The notes beneath the pieces are model-generated. The model was given only the letters and a program-made list of their open reading frames with translations, did not search any database and was not told the origin of the DNA. This document shows, one piece after another, positions 1 to 8,767 of a DNA stretch of 64,000 bases; position 1 is the stretch's first letter, and each line of letters starts with the position of its first letter. Origin of the DNA: Clostridium omnivorum (GTDB lineage: Bacteria > Bacillota > Clostridia > Clostridiales > Clostridiaceae). The translations under genes and the position numbers were made by a program. The stretch lies in the NCBI RefSeq assembly GCF_026012015.1, contig NZ_BRXR01000001.1, positions 3,196,728-3,260,727 on the forward strand, in the 5' to 3' direction.

Positions 1-513
1 AAACTAAGAGAAATGGCAATTAGAGATGGTTTAACCGGGTTATATAATCATACATTTTTGCTAGAGCTGTTTCAAGTAGAGTTAGATAAGGCTAAGAGGA
101 TAAATAGTAATATTGCTTTTTTAATGATTGATATAGATTACTTTAAAAGTATAAATGATACTTATGGTCATATGATGGGGGATGTGGTAATAAGAGAGAT
201 TTCAGCTTTACTTACTGATACAGTTAGAACAGGTGACATTATTGGTAGGTATGGAGGAGAAGAGTTTAGTATAGTCTTAACTGAAGTAACTAATGAACAG
301 GCTTTAGATATTTGTGATAGAATTAGAAAGAATGTAGAACAGCATGTATTTGAAGTGAATGGAAATAGCATTAAAGTTACTGTGAGCATAGGTGTATGTT
401 TAAAGAAGTCACAAAGTACAGCATCTAAGAATGATATAATAAAAATAGCAGATATAGCTTTATATGAAGCAAAGAAAAGTGGTAGAAATAAATGTGAAAT
501 GACTATTATATAG
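1..513 (+). CDS. GGDEF-domain diguanylate cyclase, C-terminal part (gene continues upstream of the window)
   Basis: The frame is open from nt 1. The GGDEF-type motif RYGGEEFSIVL and surrounding residues typical of diguanylate cyclases (DxDxFKxIND, GH..GD) are present. Stop at 513. Confidence 0.8.
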   Translation, partial: KLREMAIRDGLTGLYNHTFLLELFQVELDKAKRINSNIAFLMIDIDYFKSINDTYGHMMGDVVIREISALLTDTVRTGDIIGRYGGEEFSIVLTEVTNEQALDICDRIRKNVEQHVFEVNGNSIKVTVSIGVCLKKSQSTASKNDIIKIADIALYEAKKSGRNKCEMTII

Positions 514-527
514 AAAGGAGTTACTTA

Positions 528-1268
528 ATGAATTTATCGGGGAAGGTGGCATTTGTCACAGGAGCATCTAGAGGAATAGGAAGAAATATAGCATTAGAAC
601 TGACTAAAGCCGGAGCAAGTGTGGCTTTAAACTATATAAAAGACGATTTAGCTGCAGAAGAGGCTCTTGAAGAAATTAAAGCTTTAGGAGGCTATGGAAT
701 TTTAATAAAGGGTGATGTAAGTAGTTATAGTACCTGCAAAAATGCTATTGATGAAGTAGTGAAGAGTTTTGGTAAAATTGATATTCTAGTGAATAATGCG
801 GGGATATCTATGCTAGGTTTTTTTGCTGATGCTGATGAAGAAATGTGGAATAGGGTAATAGATACAAACTTGAAAAGTGTAATTAACTGCAGTCATGCTG
901 CACTTAATTATATGCTGCAAAAAAAGAGTGGAAGTATTATAAATATATCCTCCATATGGGGCAATGTAGGTGCTTCCTATGAAGTAATATATTCTGCTTC
1001 AAAAGGGGCTGTGAATAGTTTTACAAAAGCTCTAGCAAAAGAAATCGCTCCTTCAGGTATACGTGTTAATGCTATAGCCCCAGGGGTTATAAATACAGAT
1101 ATGAATAAGTTTTTGTCTCAGGAGGAAAAAGAACAGTTAATTAATCAAATTCCTATGATGCAATTTGGTGAGGGTGAGGATATAGGCAAACTGGCTGCTT
1201 TTCTATCAAGTGATGATTCGAAATATATAACAGGGCAGGTTATCACTGTTGATGGAGGAATGCTTTAA
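528..1268 (+). CDS. Short-chain dehydrogenase/reductase, 3-oxoacyl-ACP reductase (FabG)-like
   Basis: N-terminal Rossmann motif VAFVTGASRGIGRNIALEL, an NNAG motif and a YSASK catalytic Y..K motif. A Shine-Dalgarno sequence (SD) AAAGGAG precedes the ATG. Confidence 0.8.
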   Translation: MNLSGKVAFVTGASRGIGRNIALELTKAGASVALNYIKDDLAAEEALEEIKALGGYGILIKGDVSSYSTCKNAIDEVVKSFGKIDILVNNAGISMLGFFADADEEMWNRVIDTNLKSVINCSHAALNYMLQKKSGSIINISSIWGNVGASYEVIYSASKGAVNSFTKALAKEIAPSGIRVNAIAPGVINTDMNKFLSQEEKEQLINQIPMMQFGEGEDIGKLAAFLSSDDSKYITGQVITVDGGML

Positions 1269-1413
1269 AAAATGTAGTTTTAAATCTAAAATATTCTTTT
1301 ATAGAAGTTAGGGCTCTAGGCTGTATTTATGGCATAGAGTTTTTATTTTTATACTAATAAATATTCTCTTTTAAACATATAATTTATAAGAGTTTATTAG
1401 GGGTTGATATTAT

Positions 1414-1884
1414 ATGGGGAGTGAAGATTTTTTTACGTTTAGAGAATACATGAAAAAGGAGTATGACTTATTAACTGCATCTATGGAGGATTATCTTGAA
1501 ATGATATATAGATTGTCCAGAGATAGCGGGTTTACAAGGATTCACGAGCTAGCTACATCGTTGAATGTACAGCCTCCTTCAGCTACAAAGATGGTTCAAA
1601 AACTTGCTGAATTAAAACTTGTAAACTATGAAAAGTATGGCATAATTATATTAACTGAGCAGGGCAAATTGATGGGGAGTACACTACTTGAAAGGCATAA
1701 TACAATAGAAAGCTTTTTAAAGTTAATTGGAATCTCTCAAGGTGTACTAGAGGAGACTGAAAAAATAGAACACACTATTAGCCCTGAAACCTTAGAGTAT
1801 CTTAAGGATTTTATTGAATTTATTAAGCAAAACCCACAGTTCATTAGTTCCTTTGATAATTATCGCAAGAATAAGGAAATATAG
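1414..1884 (+). CDS. mntR: DtxR/MntR-family metal-dependent transcriptional regulator
   Basis: Helix-turn-helix region MEDYLEMIYRL...TRIHELATSLNVQPPSATKMVQKL matches the DtxR/MntR family in length and layout. Size is 156 aa. Confidence 0.7.
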   Translation: MGSEDFFTFREYMKKEYDLLTASMEDYLEMIYRLSRDSGFTRIHELATSLNVQPPSATKMVQKLAELKLVNYEKYGIIILTEQGKLMGSTLLERHNTIESFLKLIGISQGVLEETEKIEHTISPETLEYLKDFIEFIKQNPQFISSFDNYRKNKEI

Positions 1885-1923
1885 ATAGCAACTATAAGTA
1901 TTATTTAAATAGTATAAAGCAAA

Positions 1924-1958
1924 AAAGCTGCCCTCATAAGAAGGACAGCTTTATTTAA
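1924..1958. terminator. Bidirectional intrinsic terminator hairpin between mntR (+) and the hydrolase gene (-)
   Basis: Inverted repeat AAAGCTGCCCT / AGGACAGCTTT with flanking A/T runs. Confidence 0.5.
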
Positions 1959-2889
1959 CATAAGTATCTAAAAATTCATATACTTTTTTTATATAAGTCT
2001 GCTTATCTTTAACAAAAGTACCTGCATGAGCTGAAGTAGAACAAATATAAATAGCTTTTGGACCTTTTTTAACATTGTACATATCTTTGCTCATTGAAAC
2101 TGGAACAATAGTATCCATTTGTCCGTGAATAAACATAATTGGAGTATTTACATCTTTAATAGCATTTATTGGTGATACTTGCTCATAGGCAAAACCAGAC
2201 CTAAATAAGGAAACCATACTTCCATAAAACAGTAATGTTTTATTTAATATTGGGTTCTTTATATTATATCCTTCCTTTAAGCCTTTTGAAAAAATAGTTG
2301 ATAAATCAGAGTAGCCGCAATCTGCAATATAAAAAGCAACTTTGTGCTGGTTTTCATTTATTTTAGAATGAAGAAGTGCAGTTGCTGCCCCCATTGATTC
2401 TCCATGAACACCTATAATGCCTGGACCATTTTTGTCCCAAACCCAGTTCACAAATGCATCTAAGTCATACTTTTCATAGTAGCCATAGGTTATAGTATCC
2501 CCGCCGCTTTCTCCGTGATGACGAGAATCGTAGATAAGAACATTGTAGCCCTTATCTATATACATATCTACATATTTCAATGAACTCCATCTGTTATCCC
2601 TAATTCCATGAACTAGAATTACAGTGTTTTTTGTATGTTTAGGATTATAAATATAAGTTCCATTGAGTTTATAGCCATATTTTGATTCAATACTCATATC
2701 CTCTTTCAGATAACTATAAAATTTTATATCGTCAAAGGTATATTTATATATATTATACACTGCTGACACGCTGGCAGTTTCTAACTTATAGGATTCTTTG
2801 TAAAGTGTATTACCTACATATATGCCCACAGAGTTAACTGCGATAAAAATTATAATAACTATAGACCAAATAATTTTCTTCTTCATATA
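1951..2889 (-). CDS. Membrane-anchored alpha/beta-fold hydrolase (esterase/peptidase-like)
   Basis: Most likely start is MKKKIIWSIVIIIF at 2889, preceded by RBS AAAGGAGGG, and it gives an N-terminal TM helix. HGxxxN and GESMGAA (GxSxG nucleophile elbow) motifs are present. Confidence 0.7.
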   Translation of the reverse strand, partial: YMKKKIIWSIVIIIFIAVNSVGIYVGNTLYKESYKLETASVSAVYNIYKYTFDDIKFYSYLKEDMSIESKYGYKLNGTYIYNPKHTKNTVILVHGIRDNRWSSLKYVDMYIDKGYNVLIYDSRHHGESGGDTITYGYYEKYDLDAFVNWVWDKNGPGIIGVHGESMGAATALLHSKINENQHKVAFYIADCGYSDLSTIFSKGLKEGYNIKNPILNKTLLFYGSMVSLFRSGFAYEQVSPINAIKDVNTPIMFIHGQMDTIVPVSMSKDMYNVKKGPKAIYICSTSAHAGTFVKDKQTYIKKVYEFLDTYVK

Positions 2890-3065
2890 ACCCTCCTTTA
2901 ATAGAGTGTTTATAATATTATAGCATTTATACTTATTTATTGTAGTGGAAGTATTATGAAAAGTGCTCAAAAGGATATGAAACCTTTATTATTCCCACAT
3001 AGTAGTATAACATAAAATAGGATAAATATTTTATGTTATTATAAAAATCTTTGATATTAATATTA

Positions 3066-3101
3066 TACAAAAAAGAGAAGCTATGGTTACAAAGCTTCTC
3101 T
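3066..3101 (-). terminator. Intrinsic terminator downstream of the DUF4097 gene (minus strand)
   Basis: AGAGAAGCT...AGCTTCTCT hairpin followed by a T-run on the minus strand. Confidence 0.5.
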
Positions 3102-3130
3102 TTTAATAAATTAATAATATTATTTTTTTA

Positions 3131-4417
3131 TTATTTTGTATTAATATTTATACTTCCATTATCATTATTAATATTAAATTCAATATCAGAATTGCCAATG
3201 CTGGAATTAACATTACTCTCATTAACAGTCTTTTTTACAGGAAGATCAAAGTCATTTTTTATACTTCCCATTTTTGTATGAAGAATGAATTTCCCTTGCT
3301 GCTCTCTAGGAACTCTTAGAGTTACTGAACCAAATTTACTCTCTATGCTTACATTTTTTGATATAATTTGGTTGTTTTCAAAAGTAACACTTCCATTATT
3401 ATTAGAAAGCTTTACTTTTCCACCAGCATTTTTTAGTTGAATTGTGCCAAACTTGTTTGTAGAAGTAACATCCCCTCCGATAGCTTCTAGGGTTACTTTA
3501 CCATTTTCTCCGTAAGCCTCTGTACTGTTTTTAACATCCTTTACAGTTATAGAACCAAATTTATTTTCAGTATACAAGGAACCATCTATATTAGTAATAT
3601 TAATGCTTCCATTTTTGTTTATTACTTTAGTATCTCCTTTTATTGAGTCTACAGCAATTGAGCCAAATTCATTGGTTACTTCAAGTGCTCCTGTAACATT
3701 TTTAACTGAAATTGATCCATTCTTATCATAAATAGTTGTTTTTCCAGATACTGAATTAACATCTATTTTTCCAAATTCATTTTTTAAATCTAATGCTATA
3801 TTTTCTGGTACTCTAATAACTAGATTGATATTTTTCACATTAGCTTTTCCTTTATCTAAAGCGTTGAAATTAGTAGTAATCTTAACTGGATTATTGTCAG
3901 TTACTTCAACTAGTGAATTGTAAATTGATTTTGCATAGTCTACATCATTGGTGTTAAGCTTGATTTCAGCATCCAGTTCTATATTATTGCTAGAGCTTTT
4001 GCCAACCTCAATTGTACCAAATTGATTTTCAACAACTAGCGTATTTTTGCCATTAGCATTAATTGTTAAGTTCTTCTTGAAGCTTTCCTCATACCTGTAA
4101 TTGTTTATTGAAAAAGGTATACCTGAGAAATTTATGTGACTATTAATTTTAGTTAATGTAAAAGCTCCTGTACAGTACAAGATAATTAAAATGATAGCAA
4201 ATATACTAAAACCATCAAATCTAATTTTTGAATCTTCACCTTTTACTATTACTCCGCTTAAAAGTAATTCAATACCTAATAAAATTATTGCTATTGGCCA
4301 CCAGCTAAGTACTTGTGTTACTGTTATTATTCCTGAGGTTCTTGCTATAAAGAAAGCTGAACCAAGAACTATAAGTAAAAGTCCCAGAGTAAGGGTACCT
4401 ACTCTCCATCTTCTCAT
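3131..4417 (-). CDS. Membrane protein with C-terminal DUF4097-type repeated beta-strand (putative adhesin / LiaF-YvlB-like envelope-stress) domain
   Basis: Four N-terminal TM helices, then many degenerate repeats of the form NGSISVKNVTG / FGSIAVDSIKG / NGSINITNIDG. RBS AGGGGG precedes the ATG at 4417. Confidence 0.6.
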   Translation of the reverse strand: MRRWRVGTLTLGLLLIVLGSAFFIARTSGIITVTQVLSWWPIAIILLGIELLLSGVIVKGEDSKIRFDGFSIFAIILIILYCTGAFTLTKINSHINFSGIPFSINNYRYEESFKKNLTINANGKNTLVVENQFGTIEVGKSSSNNIELDAEIKLNTNDVDYAKSIYNSLVEVTDNNPVKITTNFNALDKGKANVKNINLVIRVPENIALDLKNEFGKIDVNSVSGKTTIYDKNGSISVKNVTGALEVTNEFGSIAVDSIKGDTKVINKNGSINITNIDGSLYTENKFGSITVKDVKNSTEAYGENGKVTLEAIGGDVTSTNKFGTIQLKNAGGKVKLSNNNGSVTFENNQIISKNVSIESKFGSVTLRVPREQQGKFILHTKMGSIKNDFDLPVKKTVNESNVNSSIGNSDIEFNINNDNGSININTK

Positions 4418-4443
4418 TCTTTAACCCCCTATTTACATAATTA

Positions 4444-4923
4444 TTAATATTTTTTACTTCCTAGTAATAATTTAATCCCTAAAGCAACAAAGATTAATGA
4501 AACTAAACCTGTTTGAAGATAATTTCTTACGTTCCAGCTTATTAATGTGTCAAGAATAGGAAATACAATTTTATCAATTAAAGCTATACATCCAACAGCA
4601 ATTAAAATGATTCCTAAAAATTTGCTAGTATTTTGCGACGAATTACTTTTAGAGTTAAGCCAAGTTATAATATCAAGATCTTTATCTTCAGGCGGTATTT
4701 CAGATTTTGCCTTTTCTCTTACGTCAAACATTGCATAAAACCATATGATTGGTATAATAATCCCAAAGAATCCTATGTGTAGCCAATCATTTAAAAAAAT
4801 AGTTAAAAAGAAAAGCGCCATTATTTGGATTCCCTGTTTTTGAAGCCCCAAGTACATATGTCCAGCCCCTGGTAAAATTGAAAAAAACATTGCAGTTGAT
4901 TTTTGATTTCTCACTAAAAACAT
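4444..4923 (-). CDS. TM2-domain small membrane protein
   Basis: Motif PGAGHMYLGLQKQGIQ fits the TM2 domain signature (G..G.H.FYLG....G.Q). Three to four TM helices. RBS AAAGGGGA. It sits 26 bp upstream of, and co-oriented with, the DUF4097 gene. Confidence 0.5.
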   Translation of the reverse strand: MFLVRNQKSTAMFFSILPGAGHMYLGLQKQGIQIMALFFLTIFLNDWLHIGFFGIIIPIIWFYAMFDVREKAKSEIPPEDKDLDIITWLNSKSNSSQNTSKFLGIILIAVGCIALIDKIVFPILDTLISWNVRNYLQTGLVSLIFVALGIKLLLGSKKY

Positions 4924-5286
4924 CCCCTTTATTAATTAACTGATTATGTAATAATTGTATTACACAATCCTTAAGAAAAAGTACAATAAAATCTTAAGAA
5001 AGTCTTAACAAAAATCTCAAATTAATGAATTATGTTAATGTTTTATCAGTGACTTAATAATATCATATCTCATTTTTTTGCACATTTAAACACTTTGTGT
5101 AAAATTTTAATAATTTTGGAATATAAATAATATGTAATAGATTACTCACATATAATGAATAACGCAGGAAGGTTTTACTCTATGGTTAATGATGGTAATA
5201 AAGCTGGACAGGTTTGTTAAAAAAAGATAAAATAATCATAGTTAGATGCGTTTAAGCTTATAAGAGTATAGTAAAGGTGGGGGAAA

Positions 5287-6003
5287 ATGGATAATTTAGC
5301 TGCATTCATCATAGGTGCTCTTCAAATAACACTGCTAGATCTTACTTTGTGTGGGGATAATATCGGAGTAATTGCTTTAGCAACTAGAAATCTTTCTGAT
5401 AAATTTGCTAAAAAGGCAAGTTTTTTTGGAATTATGGGGGCTATACTGCTAAGAATTATTTTTGCATGCGCTATTACTCTAATTTTAAATATACAGTGGA
5501 TTCCGATAAAATTACTTGGTGGTCTGCTGCTTGTTAAAATTACTTGGGATTTCATAAAACCTCAGGAGGAGCCCTTGCACAGAAGTGAGGTTGATTCCGC
5601 AAGTAGATTTTGGGATGCAGTTAAGGTTATTATAATAGCAGATATAAGTATGAGCCTAGATAATGTGCTAGCTATAGCTGGAGCTGCTAATGGAAATGTA
5701 TTACTTATAGTATTTGGTATATTGCTTAATGTACCTATAATATTCTTTGGAAGTCAGTTTGTGGCAAATCTAATGAAAAGGCATCCTATAGTTATTTATG
5801 TGGGTGGAGCAATATTAGCTCATACTTCTTTTAATATGATCTTAGAAGATAATTTAACAAAAAGGTTTTTAGTTTTACCACAAAGTTTTAATGTGATTTT
5901 TCCACTTATCATGGCAATTCTAGTGCTTTTGTATGGCTATATATATTTAAATTTTATGCAAAAAACACAAAAGATAAAAGCTAAAAGAAAACATATTTCT
6001 TGA
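5287..6003 (+). CDS. TerC-family integral membrane protein
   Basis: Repeated motifs GDNIGVIA and MSLDNVLAIAGAA are characteristic of the TerC/YkoY/YjbE family. RBS AAAGGTGGGGG. Confidence 0.75.
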   Translation: MDNLAAFIIGALQITLLDLTLCGDNIGVIALATRNLSDKFAKKASFFGIMGAILLRIIFACAITLILNIQWIPIKLLGGLLLVKITWDFIKPQEEPLHRSEVDSASRFWDAVKVIIIADISMSLDNVLAIAGAANGNVLLIVFGILLNVPIIFFGSQFVANLMKRHPIVIYVGGAILAHTSFNMILEDNLTKRFLVLPQSFNVIFPLIMAILVLLYGYIYLNFMQKTQKIKAKRKHIS

Positions 6004-6064
6004 AATAACATATTTCTTATATTAATTTTAATATTATATATAAGAAATAGGTTTGGAGGAAAAG

Positions 6065-6673
6065 ATGGGGAAAAGGAATATGGATAATATTGATAAAGAT
6101 AATTTGTGCAGTAATGATGCTTCAAATACTAGGCCCAATGAAAACTGTGCTAATGATGATATAAACCGTAGTGATGCTGAAAGTGAGTTTCAGGAACCAT
6201 TTATAATTGAAGAGAGTGTGAAACAAATAAATCAGGGTAAAAAGCAACCACAGGAAAGTGTACCCATCGAGAAAGCTAGTACTGCTAATCAAACACAACA
6301 AGCTCAGCAAGCACAACCAAGTCAGAATACAATAAATGATAATATAAGTAGTGCTGCCAATCTTCTTGAAAATCTTAATACTATAAAGGAAGATATTATA
6401 AAGCTTCCATTAAATCCTGCAGAAAAGGATTATATGGATGTATATGTATTTCCTCTATTGAATGTCTTACTTGATCTAAGCACTACTTCTTTAAATCTAT
6501 CGAGTACAACCTCAAAATTGGCAGTATCCTATGTGACCACTCCGAAGATTTCTAAGCTAAAAGATACAGAACATATGGTATATGATATAAATGATAAATG
6601 TGAAGATGTATACAAAGTATTAAAGCAGAGAATTAATTTTGTTTTAAAGTGCATAGATAAATGTGAAAAGTAA
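6065..6673 (+). CDS. Hypothetical protein with an N-terminal low-complexity Gln/Asn-rich region
   Basis: ORF with RBS GGAGGA 4 nt before the ATG at 6065. It contains a QTQQAQQAQPSQ stretch and has no recognisable domain. Confidence 0.4.
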   Translation: MGKRNMDNIDKDNLCSNDASNTRPNENCANDDINRSDAESEFQEPFIIEESVKQINQGKKQPQESVPIEKASTANQTQQAQQAQPSQNTINDNISSAANLLENLNTIKEDIIKLPLNPAEKDYMDVYVFPLLNVLLDLSTTSLNLSSTTSKLAVSYVTTPKISKLKDTEHMVYDINDKCEDVYKVLKQRINFVLKCIDKCEK

Positions 6674-6819
6674 TCCTTTTGATTTCGTCAATGGGATTAT
6701 TTTTTTATTTAAAATAATTATTATGTAAAAGAATATGATTAAATTACTTTGTTTTCACAAATAATATCAATAGGGTGCTTACAGTTTGCACAATATTTCC
6801 ACTGAAAGGAGAAAGGAAA

Positions 6820-7071
6820 ATGACACAATATTATATGCAATGTGGTCATACAGCAAGCTCCTATGATGAAAACAATAATCCAATTTGTGCACTTTGTACT
6901 GGTTCTCATGATGGATATAACCAAGTTTTTCATCCAAGATGGGAAGGACGACAAGCTCAGTGTATTTATTGTGATAACACTACTGAAAGCAGTGTAGATC
7001 TACCATATTTTGCATATCAGCCACAACAAAATGCAGATAGTTATTACTGCGGATGCAAAGATTGGATGTAA
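6820..7071 (+). CDS. Small Cys-rich hypothetical protein (83 aa), possible zinc-binding
   Basis: RBS AAAGGAGAAAGG precedes the ATG at 6820. Cys spacing QCGH...CALC...QCIYC...CGC gives eight Cys arranged as CxxC-like pairs. Confidence 0.45.
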   Translation: MTQYYMQCGHTASSYDENNNPICALCTGSHDGYNQVFHPRWEGRQAQCIYCDNTTESSVDLPYFAYQPQQNADSYYCGCKDWM

Positions 7072-7135
7072 AAAAATTTTAATTAATGTTCCAAAATCCC
7101 CTCTATGAGAATATAAATAATAAGGAGGGGGTTTT

Positions 7136-7345
7136 ATGGATTCCTTTTATAGAGAAGATATATCTAATTTTATTCACAGTAAATGTAGAGTAACTGAAGA
7201 GGAACTTTTAGAAAAGTTTAAAGATTTAACCTTAGAGGAATTAAGAAAAGAATTGTATATATTAGAGTTTATTGTGGATAAACCAGAAATATATTATATT
7301 GACGGAAAGTATATAAGCAAGCACTGCAAGCACCTAGAAACATAA
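7136..7345 (+). CDS. Hypothetical small protein (69 aa)
   Basis: Strong RBS AAGGAGGGGG 5 nt before the ATG. It is followed by a long perfect hairpin terminator. Confidence 0.4.
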   Translation: MDSFYREDISNFIHSKCRVTEEELLEKFKDLTLEELRKELYILEFIVDKPEIYYIDGKYISKHCKHLET

Positions 7346-7356
7346 TGTATAAATAT

Positions 7357-7408
7357 AGACACAGTATAATTAGTATTTAAGCACTAATTATACTGTGTCT
7401 TAGTTTTT
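7357..7408. terminator. Intrinsic terminator (18-bp perfect stem)
   Basis: AGACACAGTATAATTAGT ... ACTAATTATACTGTGTCT followed by TAGTTTTTG. Confidence 0.6.
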
Positions 7409-7421
7409 GTTATTATTTATT

Positions 7422-8195
7422 TTAAGTGTTTAAATTCTTAAAAATCTCTTTGGACTTTACAATAAATATAAGCATTGCTATAGAGAATATTGCAAAGAAG
7501 CCTTCAACAAACCATATATTATTAAGTATATGTACTTGAGCAAGGCCCGCCGGGAAGTCCATTACTGCATGTGCTATAATTGCAATTAATAGATATATAG
7601 GCTTTTTAGACTTTACTGAATAGATCACTATTAAAGAAAAACCTAAGTGAGCTATTATAGCAAACAATCTTTCAAATGCACCTAAAGAAGTTAAAGCAGG
7701 AGTGGCGCTTATGAGAGAGCTTTTTATTGCAGCAATTGTTGCTGCAGGTGCTTTACCACTCAATGTTTTTTCAAAAAGCCCAGCGTTGATGAGTTTTGCA
7801 TAAAAAATATAAGTTAAGTTACCAAAGCATGCCAGTAATATGGCCTCTATACCTCCGTGACCAATTCCAAATGCTATACCATCCTTCCACTCTGTTTCTT
7901 TCTTCATAAATAGTTTCATTATAATATATCTTCCAACCTCTTCAAAAACACCAGCAGCTAATGCGCCATAAATAGCAAATAGTAGAGGCGCAGTTATCAA
8001 ATTGTTATTCATTACAAACACATGCATGAGTTTTTCTAAGATTTGTGAAAAAACTATAAAGGTTAGTACGCCAAGTATAACTGGTTTAACGGATATCTTA
8101 TCTTTTAATTTGAAAAAGATAAATAAACCAATTGGAAATAGCAAGGAAAAGATAGCTGCAAAGGCCATCATATAGATGACAGAATTACTTACCAT
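7422..8195 (-). CDS. Polytopic membrane protein, YhfC/CPBP-like putative intramembrane metalloprotease
   Basis: About seven TM helices. Motifs FEEVGRY, HGGIEAI and HAVMDF resemble the Glu/His motifs of YhfC-family and CAAX-protease-like proteins. RBS GGGGGG. Confidence 0.5.
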   Translation of the reverse strand: MVSNSVIYMMAFAAIFSLLFPIGLFIFFKLKDKISVKPVILGVLTFIVFSQILEKLMHVFVMNNNLITAPLLFAIYGALAAGVFEEVGRYIIMKLFMKKETEWKDGIAFGIGHGGIEAILLACFGNLTYIFYAKLINAGLFEKTLSGKAPAATIAAIKSSLISATPALTSLGAFERLFAIIAHLGFSLIVIYSVKSKKPIYLLIAIIAHAVMDFPAGLAQVHILNNIWFVEGFFAIFSIAMLIFIVKSKEIFKNLNT

Positions 8196-8420
8196 TGTAT
8201 TTTACCCCCCAAAAAATTAATAACATTATATTTTTACCTATATTTAAAGCTTATAAAGTATAATTCCTTTTTATGTATTTAAACTATGTTATGATAATTA
8301 TACTATAAAATATTAGAAGTATGTGAATGTATAAAATAATTTTTATATTGATACATATGCTAAGAAATGTATAAAAAATACATGATTTTCTGTTTTATGC
8401 ATAAATATTTAATTAACCCT

Positions 8421-8450
8421 TGACTAAACTAAAGTTCTAGTGCATAATAA
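8421..8450 (+). promoter_or_regulatory. Sigma-A-type promoter candidate driving the lysine riboswitch leader
   Basis: TTGACT (8421-8426), an 18-nt spacer, then an extended -10 element TGcATAATA (8442-8450). Confidence 0.4.
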
Positions 8451-8477
8451 TAAACGAAAAGAATGAGTAAATAACCA

Positions 8478-8714
8478 AGGTAGAGGTGCGATACTTATTA
8501 GTACTGTTGTGAAGTTAAGCGCGTTGAAGCAGCAGGAAAGGAAATATCGCCGAAGCGTACAGTAAATGCTTTAATACTGTATAGCTGGTTTTGCATAGAA
8601 TATGTGCATAACTGTCACAAGTTTTCTTGTGGAGAGCTATCATTCAAATAGATTTAGGTCGTTTGTTTTTAATGCGATTTAAAGCCTTGAGTGTACGCGC
8701 TCAAGGCTTTTTTA
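8478..8714 (+). promoter_or_regulatory. Lysine riboswitch (L-box) with terminator-type expression platform
   Basis: The hallmark L-box blocks are present in the right order: TAGAGGTGCGA...TATTAGTA, GGAAAGG, CGCCGAAG, AACTGTCACA and TGGAGAGCTATC. The aptamer is followed directly by a GC-rich hairpin and a T-run. Confidence 0.8.
8682..8714 (+). terminator. Riboswitch attenuator / intrinsic terminator
   Basis: AAGCCTTGAG-TGTACGCGC-CTCAAGGCTT followed by TTTTTTAT. Confidence 0.75.
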
Positions 8715-8767
8715 TACTCTCGCTGGTAATTTACTTATCGGAAAAAACTGATAAGGAGGACGTAACT

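Noticed and set aside
3051-4424. Plus-strand ORFs 3051-3281 and 4191-4424 overlapping the DUF4097 gene.
   Set aside because: They are antisense to a supported gene, with hydrophobic low-complexity translations.
4990-5286. Searched the leader of the TerC-family gene for a yybP-ykoY (manganese) riboswitch. That riboswitch commonly precedes TerC genes, and an MntR regulator is also in the window.
   Set aside because: I could not find the conserved GGGGAGUAG, GGCAUA or GACGAG blocks in the right arrangement. The only GAGUAuAG-like string is part of the RBS region. A covariance-model search (RF00080) would be needed to settle it.
8627-8767. The N-terminal extension of the permease ORF (MWRAIIQIDLGRLFLMRFKALSVRAQGFF...).
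   Set aside because: This stretch is the lysine riboswitch 3' half and its terminator. The real start is the ATG at 8768 with RBS AAGGAGGA.
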